From positions 1 to 43,683 of the forward strand of contig JBDLRP010000031.1 of assembly GCA_039799905.1 (NCBI GenBank): 43,683 bases of DNA, in the 5' to 3' direction. Below, one piece after another: positions 18,771-26,123 of the stretch. The DNA comes from Pseudomonadota bacterium (GTDB taxonomy: Bacteria; Bdellovibrionota_B; Oligoflexia; Silvanigrellales; Silvanigrellaceae). Numbering within the stretch: position 1 is the first letter of the stretch; each line of letters begins with the position of its first letter. A program made the position numbers and the translations under genes. The notes beneath the pieces were generated by a model that was given only the letters and a program-made list of their open reading frames with translations, was not told the origin of the DNA and did no database searches.

Positions 18771-19076
18771 TTAACCCCTCAATGCCTTGAGATCGTCCGC
18801 TTCAATCGATGCTTTTGTTCGATACAGCGAAATGATCATGGCCAGACCGACAGCGGCTTCACATGCGGCAACCGCCATCACAAAAAACATCACAACCTGA
18901 CCATCGATGGTGTTCGTCAATCGACTTGCCGAGACAAACGCGAGGTTGGCCGCGTTCAAAAGAATTTCAACGCTGAGCATCATGAAGAGAATGTTCTTGC
19001 GGAACATGACTCCAGCCAGACCCACCAAAAACATGAGGAATGAGAAGTAAAGTCCGAGTTCAGGCAGCATTAGCAT
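18771..19076 (-). CDS. nuoK: NADH-quinone oxidoreductase subunit K
   Basis: LSVEILLNAANL, GQV..FFVMAVAACEAAVGLA and C-terminal LRG; start set at ATG 19076. Confidence 0.95.
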   Translation of the reverse strand: MLMLPELGLYFSFLMFLVGLAGVMFRKNILFMMLSVEILLNAANLAFVSASRLTNTIDGQVVMFFVMAVAACEAAVGLAMIISLYRTKASIEADDLKALRG

Positions 19077-19629
19077 GTTCGGCGCCTTTCTTCTTGGAGA
19101 TAACAACCGCTCCAATGGCGGCAGCCAGGATGAGGAAACTGATCAATTCAAACGCCCAGAGATAGTCGACAAACAGAGATGCTGCCACGTTCTTAACATT
19201 CTCGCTTTCAGCAAACACGGAGCGGTGCAGGTGAGGCGCTGACTCGGGCTTTTGCAAACCCAGCTGTTCGATACCTGTGGTGAGGAATCCGCGTCCGACC
19301 TTTGTTCCAAGCAAGAGAGCGACAACGACACCCAACGCCGAGAGAATCATTTCGCCAACAGTGACACCACCATAGCGCAGCTCTTCGGGCGGAAGATTGA
19401 GAAGCATGATGACGAAAACAAACACCACCATGATTGCGCCGGCGTAAACAATGATCTGCGCAGCGGCGGCAAAGTGCGCATCAAGTAGGCCGAACATTCC
19501 GGCAAGCAGGGTCATGACCCCAATCAGCACCATCGCCGCGCTCACGGGCCAGCGGCGTGTGATCATCACAGCCGACAAGAGGACTGCGGCAACCCCCATG
19601 ACGATGAAAGACAGCAAACTTAAATCCAT
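19060..19629 (-). CDS. nuoJ: NADH-quinone oxidoreductase subunit J
   Basis: QIIVYAGAIMVVFVFVIMLL and LFVDYLWAFELIS..L.A.IGAV; ATG 19629 with GAGG RBS. Confidence 0.95.
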   Translation of the reverse strand: MDLSLLSFIVMGVAAVLLSAVMITRRWPVSAAMVLIGVMTLLAGMFGLLDAHFAAAAQIIVYAGAIMVVFVFVIMLLNLPPEELRYGGVTVGEMILSALGVVVALLLGTKVGRGFLTTGIEQLGLQKPESAPHLHRSVFAESENVKNVAASLFVDYLWAFELISFLILAAAIGAVVISKKKGAEHANAA

Positions 19630-19660
19630 TCCAATCAACCTCGCGAGCGGTGCGGTCGTC

Positions 19661-20800
19661 TTAAGTCAGTCGAAGAATTCCAACAATCAAAGCCAATACA
19701 ACGAGATTCACCAGCGCCACTGGCAACATATACACCCAGCCGACGCGCATCAGCTGGTCGTAGCGGAAGCGTGGCAATGTGAAGCGAACCTGGACAAACA
19801 AAAACATGAAAATCGCAACTTTGGCGATGAGAACACCCAAGCCGATGAGCGCAGTGATCCATGTTGCAGGTTCAGCGGAAACAATCGGAGTCAACATTGC
19901 GATGATTTGTGATTGCGGCAGATAGGGAATCTCGTAGCCACCGAGAAACACGCACGTGGTGAGCGCAGAGAGTGTGAACATCATGGCGTACTCGCCAAGG
20001 AAGAACAGCGACCAGCGCATCGACCCATACTCAACCAAAAAGCCGGCGACGAGCTCTGCTTCACCTTCGGCAAGGTCAAATGGCAAACGGTTGGTTTCGG
20101 CAAACATGGTCACGACAAAAATCACAAAGGAGATGGGCGAAAGAAAAATTCCCCAGTTGGGCAGGAATCCAAACAGCAGCGTGTCTGTTTGCGCTGCGAC
20201 CATACCCTGCAGGTCGAGTGTTCCGTAGAGAAACACCATCGGCAAAAGTGCGAGGCCCATTGCCAGTTCATAGGAGATCATCTGTGCCGACGCGCGCAGG
20301 CCGCCGAGCAGTGCGTATTTGTTGTTGGATGACCAACCGGCAAGTGCAACACCGTAAACACCAAGAGAGGACATTGCGAACAGGTAAAGAAACCCCGCGT
20401 TCACACTGACAGGCTGAAGGTTGATCGTGTGACCTGCAACAACAATTTCCTTGCCGAGAGGAATGCCTTGAATCGCAAGCAAGCCCATGACGGCCGGAAC
20501 AATCGGCGCGAGAATGTAGAAGAAACGGTTGACGTGTTTGGGAACGAAATCTTCTTTGAAGAGCAGCTTGATTGTGTCGGCCAGCGGTTGGCCGAGTCCA
20601 AAAAGCTTGAAGCCAAAGAGGCCGACACGGTTCGGACCGATACGGCGCTGAATGAACGCCGCCTGTCTGCGTTCCACCCACACCATGATGGGTGCGACCT
20701 GCAATGCAATGACAAGTGCTATGGCGATTTTGCCGATTGTGGAAACGAGTCCCACATTACTATCGAGAAACTGAACGAGCGCGCCCGCAGTTGCGTCCAT
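19661..20800 (-). CDS. nuoH: NADH-quinone oxidoreductase subunit H
   Basis: ERR...Q.RIGPNRVG, QPLADTIKL, GGLRASAQMISYE, AETNRLPFDL.E.E.ELV and PRFRYDQLM. Confidence 0.97.
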   Translation of the reverse strand: MDATAGALVQFLDSNVGLVSTIGKIAIALVIALQVAPIMVWVERRQAAFIQRRIGPNRVGLFGFKLFGLGQPLADTIKLLFKEDFVPKHVNRFFYILAPIVPAVMGLLAIQGIPLGKEIVVAGHTINLQPVSVNAGFLYLFAMSSLGVYGVALAGWSSNNKYALLGGLRASAQMISYELAMGLALLPMVFLYGTLDLQGMVAAQTDTLLFGFLPNWGIFLSPISFVIFVVTMFAETNRLPFDLAEGEAELVAGFLVEYGSMRWSLFFLGEYAMMFTLSALTTCVFLGGYEIPYLPQSQIIAMLTPIVSAEPATWITALIGLGVLIAKVAIFMFLFVQVRFTLPRFRYDQLMRVGWVYMLPVALVNLVVLALIVGILRLT

Positions 20801-20810
20801 GAAGTCCCCC

Positions 20811-21176
20811 TCAATCCCAGTTCAGAGCGCCGCGACGCAAAATATAAATGTAGCCGACAATCAACGTGCCGACGAAAAGAGCAACCTCAATGATGCCGAA
20901 CCATTTGAGTTCATCAAACAGAACCGCCCACAGGTAGAGAAAAATCGTTTCAATATCGAAAAGGATAAAGAGGATCGCCGTCAGGTAGAATTTAACCGAC
21001 AATCGCTGCCGTGCCGTTCCAACCGGTGTCACCCCGCATTCATACACATCCAGCTTCGCGGGATTGGGTTTCTTGGGGCCGAGCAAGAAGGAAGCGATAG
21101 TCGCGCCTCCGGCAATCAGCAATCCCAAAGCGAGTGCGATCAATATCGGCAGGTAAGGGTTGATTGACGCTGTCAT
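20811..21176 (-). CDS. nuoA: NADH-quinone oxidoreductase subunit A
   Basis: YECG, FYLTAILFILFDIETIFL and RRGALNWD; ATG 21176 with GGAGG RBS. Confidence 0.96.
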   Translation of the reverse strand: MTASINPYLPILIALALGLLIAGGATIASFLLGPKKPNPAKLDVYECGVTPVGTARQRLSVKFYLTAILFILFDIETIFLYLWAVLFDELKWFGIIEVALFVGTLIVGYIYILRRGALNWD

Positions 21177-21248
21177 CGTCAACGCCTCCAAAAAAGTCAA
21201 AAATCGGGTGCGGCACTGGCCTTAACCCATAAACGGATCTGGAACAAG

Positions 21249-22343
21249 TTAACGCACGGCCATCTCCGAAGAGAGAGCTCCTCGGAGAAGCAGTGCTGCT
21301 GCCAAACGTGCAGTCTGCATTTGCGAGTCGCGCGCCGGACAGAGTTCGGCGACATCGACGACGCGGCACATTTTGCGAGACATCACATCTTCCACGCATG
21401 GCCAGAGAGTTTCAACAGGGACCCCAAAAGAAGTTGAGGCGCTGGTGCCCATTGCTGCAGCAACATGAAAGACATCAAGGTCCAGTGAGAGATGCAGCGA
21501 GCCCGAGAAATCTTTCTGAGAGCTCCAATGATCGAGCCACGCATTCAATTGCTCTTCAACGGAGCGATTCTCGTTGTTCGCGAAATTCCAAAACCGCCAA
21601 GGCCGTCGTCCTGCGCAGTACTCTGCGACTGATACGCCGTGGGCGAGTGCGAAGTCCCACAAGCTCTGCGGATTGCGCTCGCGCTGGATTCCGATTTCAC
21701 ACAAAGCGCGCCCGTCGGCGATACGCTGCGGGTGATTTTCAATCACGCGGCGAAACGGCGTACCGCTATTAATCTCTCCGCCCTGCACAGGACGAAGATC
21801 AAAGTGGCCATCGAAGTTCACAATCGGCAAAACACCCTGACAATTGCGCAAATGACCACTGTAGGAACCAAAACTGAAATCATGCCCGCCGCCCACGACG
21901 TGTACTCTGCGAGCACCGCGCGAAAGCACTGCATGGACAACTTCAGCAAGACGCGCATGCGTTTCAGCGATTTCATCTGCCAAGACGACATCACCGAGAT
22001 CAACCCACTTTGAACCAAACCACTCCACGTCATTCAGCCGGGTGTCGTAGAGTCGGTAAAACGCCTGCCTGAAAGACTCAGGCCCTCCGCTTGCACCGCC
22101 GTGTCCAAAGTTGAGCGCCACGCCGCGATCATCGGGTATACCGACAATCACCAGCTTGTCCTGCAATCCTTCAACTATGTCTGAAAGCTCTTCGGGCTGT
22201 GAAAAAATCGTCATCTGCCGTCCGAGCATTTCCTCGCGCAGGACAGAAACATTGATCCTGACAGGTGACAGAAAATGAGAGGAGAATTTGGATGGCGACA
22301 CGCCGGTGGCTCCCTGCTGATGGACTCGAGGCGCTCGCCCCAA
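21249..22343 (-). CDS. hutG: Formimidoylglutamase (arginase/ureohydrolase family)
   Basis: DRGVALNFG..GA..GP, GGGHD, NFDGHFDLR, NSGTPF, SLDLDVF and ELCP..D motifs; start uncertain. Confidence 0.75.
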   Translation of the reverse strand: MGRAPRVHQQGATGVSPSKFSSHFLSPVRINVSVLREEMLGRQMTIFSQPEELSDIVEGLQDKLVIVGIPDDRGVALNFGHGGASGGPESFRQAFYRLYDTRLNDVEWFGSKWVDLGDVVLADEIAETHARLAEVVHAVLSRGARRVHVVGGGHDFSFGSYSGHLRNCQGVLPIVNFDGHFDLRPVQGGEINSGTPFRRVIENHPQRIADGRALCEIGIQRERNPQSLWDFALAHGVSVAEYCAGRRPWRFWNFANNENRSVEEQLNAWLDHWSSQKDFSGSLHLSLDLDVFHVAAAMGTSASTSFGVPVETLWPCVEDVMSRKMCRVVDVAELCPARDSQMQTARLAAALLLRGALSSEMAVR

Positions 22344-22369
22344 AGTCTCTGCGCGGAGCCCTCAATTGC

Positions 22370-22576
22370 TCAGGCGGGTTTCTTTGCCGGCGGTTTGCTC
22401 GCAGCGAGTCTCTGTTTACCCAGATGTTTTTCGATGGTGCGAAGAATACGCTGCCGCAAAGGTTGGTTTTCATCAAGAATGATCTTGAGTAATTCGAAGT
22501 CGTCGTGTGTGCGGAATGGTCGCTTCTTTTTCGGGTCGTGTTCGAGCTTGCCCTTTGCCTTGTCATTTTCTGCCAT
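22370..22576 (-). CDS. Small basic hypothetical protein (68 aa)
   Basis: RBS GAGGGGG before ATG 22576; MAENDKAKG...KPPAKKPA fills the gap between two co-oriented genes. Confidence 0.6.
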   Translation of the reverse strand: MAENDKAKGKLEHDPKKKRPFRTHDDFELLKIILDENQPLRQRILRTIEKHLGKQRLAASKPPAKKPA

Positions 22577-22654
22577 GCAGCACCCCCTCGGAAGTGGTAT
22601 CGGCATGCACTCCCCAAATATTGGGTGCATGCCTGCAGGGCGGGAAAATTGACG

Positions 22655-23824
22655 TCAGCCCAGCGCCGCTCGGAGGTCGTCGATAAGGTCTTGCGGGGTC
22701 TCGATGCCCACAGAAAACCTCAATAGGTTCGCATCGATACCAATCTTTTTGCGATGCTCCGGCGGCACACTGGCGTGGGTCATCGTTTCCGGATGATTCA
22801 CAAGCGACTCAACACCACCCAAACTTTCCGCCAGACTAAAGACCTGCAGACGACTTAAAAAGCGCTTCACGTCGTCAAACGAACCCTTCAATCGAGCACT
22901 TACCATGCCCGAATATCCAGACATCTGCCGGCGGGCGAGCGCGTGCTGTGGATGGGATTCGAGTCCGGGGAAAATGACCTCTGAGAACTGCGGCATCGCA
23001 GCAAGCGCCTGAGCAACAGTGCAAGCGTTCTCATGGTGCCGCTGCATGCGCAAAGCAAGAGTCTTGATGCTGCGCAGCAGAATAAAACACTCCTGCGGAG
23101 CATTGACCGCACCGCCCGCGAACTGGATGAAGCGCAGCTGCTCAGCCAGATTGTCATCGTTGGTCATCAATGCGCCACCAACGAGATCAGAGTGTCCGCC
23201 GATGTATTTGGTCGTGCTGTGCAACACGATGTCTGCACCCATCTGCAGAGGCTGCTGAAAGATGGGTGAGGCGAAGGTGTTGTCGACCACAGTCATGGCA
23301 CCCTGCGCACGCGCTAGTGCGGCGACCGCTGCAACATCAACGATCCGCAGCAGCGGATTTGTCGGGGTCTCAATCCACACCATGCGCGTCTTTTCGCGCA
23401 TCAACGTTTTGATGTCTGCTGGATTGCGCATGTCGGCAAACTCAAAATCGATGCCGTACTTGGCAAACAGCCTGCGAAACAGTCGGCCTGTTCCGCCGTA
23501 AACGTCATCGCAGACAATCACATGATCGCCTGGATTGAGCAGTTGGGCGATGGCATGCACTGCAGCCAAACCAGAAGCAAAAGAAATTCCGTGGCGTGCG
23601 CGCTCCAATGCCGCGAGAGCCGTTTCCAAAGAGGTACGGGTCGGATTCCCGCCACGCGAGTAGTCGTATCCCTTGTGCTCACCCGGGCCGGATTGAACAT
23701 ACGTCGACGTCTGAAAAATGGGTGTCATGATAGCACCGGTCGTCGGTTCAGGTTCAACACCCGCGTGTACGCAGAGAGTCTCGATTCCGAAGTTTTGAGC
23801 TTTGCCGCTTTTATTGCTCTGCAT
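22655..23824 (-). CDS. Cystathionine gamma-lyase/synthase (Cys/Met metabolism PLP enzyme)
   Basis: YSRGGNPT, FASGLAA, YGGT, ETPTNP, DNTF, PLP lysine motif HSTTKYIGGHSD and AESLGGVESL. Confidence 0.93.
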   Translation of the reverse strand: MQSNKSGKAQNFGIETLCVHAGVEPEPTTGAIMTPIFQTSTYVQSGPGEHKGYDYSRGGNPTRTSLETALAALERARHGISFASGLAAVHAIAQLLNPGDHVIVCDDVYGGTGRLFRRLFAKYGIDFEFADMRNPADIKTLMREKTRMVWIETPTNPLLRIVDVAAVAALARAQGAMTVVDNTFASPIFQQPLQMGADIVLHSTTKYIGGHSDLVGGALMTNDDNLAEQLRFIQFAGGAVNAPQECFILLRSIKTLALRMQRHHENACTVAQALAAMPQFSEVIFPGLESHPQHALARRQMSGYSGMVSARLKGSFDDVKRFLSRLQVFSLAESLGGVESLVNHPETMTHASVPPEHRKKIGIDANLLRFSVGIETPQDLIDDLRAALG

Positions 23825-23853
23825 GTGTTCCGTTCTCCAAGAAAATTCAGAAA

Positions 23854-25164
23854 TCAAAAATAATGTTGCATACCGACAACCCAGCTGCCCGGCCTGCGCA
23901 GTCCGGTCAAGGCGCGCGCATAATCAGCCCTCAGGCGGAGTCTTGCAATAGGGCGAAAGCCCATACGCAAACCGGCACCCGCACTGGCTGCCAAGGGGTA
24001 GGGCCATTCTTTGAGTGATTTGCCAGCATTACCGGCATCCGCAAACAAAACAGTTTGCAGAACGACGTTCTCATTCACCAAGGCCACCCAACGCTCCTCC
24101 ACATTGGCCGCCCATGCCAGCTGGCCCAGACGCTCGCCGTCATCAAGACCCCTCACAGAATCGAGGCTTCCCATGCGAATCAAGGAGAGCAGACTGTCGC
24201 CGTTGGTCCAATGCGCCTGCAGGCGGACACCGAAATTGTTCTTTTCCGACCAGCTCCAAAAATGCGTATCGCTGAGCGAGACTGTCTGAATGTTCTCGTG
24301 TTCGGAGTCGTTGGTCGGAAAAAAATTGGCCGCGCTCAGCTCAATTTTGTGGCCATCCCAAACATAGTCGTTGAGATTCATGGCATTGAGACGGAGTGAC
24401 ATGCGCGTGACAATTCCTATTTCGCGGCGACGTGAAAAATTTTTGTACGAGTTGAGCGGAGCAGAAAGCTCGCCGAGCAGCTCTCTGTCGACAGACTCCA
24501 AAGCGACACCCACATCGACAAGCGAAATGCGCCGCTGCACTCCGACCGTCAGTTTGTCATTGCGCGCCAATGGTGTTGCATAGCTGCGGGTCGCCGGCTC
24601 AAAATAAAAATACGGGCGACGGCCCAATTGAGCATCGGCCATCACCCTCCAGACCGGACGTGCGACGTAAGGCTGCCGCCACCATAGATTGATACCCGGC
24701 GCTCCGGCGAACTGCTCATATTGAAGTCCAGCCTCAATTCCTCTGCCCAACAGGTTGAGGTCATACAATCCGACAACTAGAAAGTTTACGCCGCCGCCGG
24801 TACCGCCGCGCAGCACAGGAGTGAGTGTCCACTTTTCAATAAAATCGAAAGTAAGATTGTATTTGCCGTCAGGAGTCTCTTCAAAATCGACTTCAACAGC
24901 GACAAAAAAATTGGTGTTTCTGAGCCGCTGCGCTGCACGAAGGATGCTTGCCACTCGCACTTTTTGACCGACGGCAAATCCCAGCTCTGCGCGCACGTAT
25001 TCCTGCCGTGTCCTGTGCAACCCGATTAAATCGAGAGATCCGATGACAATTTCGGACTGTGCCGGAAGCTTCTCGGTGCTGTCGTCTGCATCGTCCCCGT
25101 CAGCACGTGCAACATGCGAAGCGAGAGTGATGAGACAAGCGAGAAAAAGAAAAAAACATCTCAC
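23854..25164 (-). CDS. Omp85 (BamA/TamA-like) outer membrane protein with a single POTRA
   Basis: Signal peptide (..VARA), POTRA-like GLHRTRQEYVRAEL..QRLRNTNFF, NLLGRG, VRG motif, FADAG, GAGLR and C-terminal F; GTGA overlap with the upstream gene. Confidence 0.8.
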   Translation of the reverse strand: MRCFFLFLACLITLASHVARADGDDADDSTEKLPAQSEIVIGSLDLIGLHRTRQEYVRAELGFAVGQKVRVASILRAAQRLRNTNFFVAVEVDFEETPDGKYNLTFDFIEKWTLTPVLRGGTGGGVNFLVVGLYDLNLLGRGIEAGLQYEQFAGAPGINLWWRQPYVARPVWRVMADAQLGRRPYFYFEPATRSYATPLARNDKLTVGVQRRISLVDVGVALESVDRELLGELSAPLNSYKNFSRRREIGIVTRMSLRLNAMNLNDYVWDGHKIELSAANFFPTNDSEHENIQTVSLSDTHFWSWSEKNNFGVRLQAHWTNGDSLLSLIRMGSLDSVRGLDDGERLGQLAWAANVEERWVALVNENVVLQTVLFADAGNAGKSLKEWPYPLAASAGAGLRMGFRPIARLRLRADYARALTGLRRPGSWVVGMQHYF

Positions 25165-26123
25165 CAAACCGGACTCACCTCACGCATTCCCGCCTTGCGG
25201 ACAAGGCGGTTGAGCCGTTCAAAAATATTCTGACGACCCAGCTCCAACATCAATGCCGCGGCCGTCTCAGCCGCAGACAGTTCACGCTTTTTCACACTCT
25301 GAAAAAAGGGATAGACGATATCCTGATTGAAAAGACTCTGTCCGGCAATGGCAAAGGAAAAAGGCGCGCATTCGGCCAGCGCACCGGAGTCGACGAAGCG
25401 CCTCAGCAAAGTATCGGAAGAATAGGGAACCCTTCTGTTGATGACGCGCAGCGGCGAGTGTGGCATAAATTCAACCCAAACCCACGTTGCAATGGGAGCG
25501 TCCGGAATTTCTCGGAGCTTTTCGACAAAAGGATAGCCAACGCTCCCGCAATTGAACCAGACAGACCGTCCGGACGGGTCACAATGCCGCCCCAGATAAT
25601 GGCTGTGGCCATTGAAATAAAAACTTCTACCGAGCGGAGTCTGTTCGAGAAATTCCTCTGCGAAAGATCCGGGAACACCAGCCTGTTGTGCAAAGAAATC
25701 AGGGACCCTGTTGTTTCCATGTAATGCACCATGAACGGCATGCAACGGTGCCTCGGCTGCCGACCAGCATGCCACAGATTCCTTCTCGACCGTGTTCAGT
25801 TGGTCGCCCAACTGCCGGACGGTCCACGGAACAAATCGCCACAACGGCCTAAGAAATTTTTCGTGCTCGGGATTATTGCGGCATTCAATCAGATAATCTT
25901 CATGATTTCCGAGCAAATGGGGTACAGAAATACTCTGCAGTGTTTCAAACACGGCGAGTGGATCGGGACCTCCATCGAAACTGTCGCCCAAGCAAACAAT
26001 CTGCGGCTTTCCAAACTCTCGCTGCTGCGAAAATTCGCCAATGTCATTCAACACGGCCTCGAGTGCTGTCTGATTGCCGTGAATGTCCGTCACAAAGGCA
26101 AACGCCTGCTGCGCTGAGTGCAT
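25161..26123 (-). CDS. Calcineurin-like metallophosphoesterase
   Basis: DIHGN, LGD, GNHE, VHG, GHSH and NCGSVG motifs; TGATG overlap with the upstream fusion gene. Confidence 0.88.
   Translation of the reverse strand: MHSAQQAFAFVTDIHGNQTALEAVLNDIGEFSQQREFGKPQIVCLGDSFDGGPDPLAVFETLQSISVPHLLGNHEDYLIECRNNPEHEKFLRPLWRFVPWTVRQLGDQLNTVEKESVACWSAAEAPLHAVHGALHGNNRVPDFFAQQAGVPGSFAEEFLEQTPLGRSFYFNGHSHYLGRHCDPSGRSVWFNCGSVGYPFVEKLREIPDAPIATWVWVEFMPHSPLRVINRRVPYSSDTLLRRFVDSGALAECAPFSFAIAGQSLFNQDIVYPFFQSVKKRELSAAETAAALMLELGRQNIFERLNRLVRKAGMREVSPVW

Noticed and set aside
15213..20893. Numerous long antisense ORFs over nuo genes (similar ones over surE, scpA and the fusion gene)
   Set aside because: Shadow frames from codon bias in conserved genes; no motifs or RBS support.
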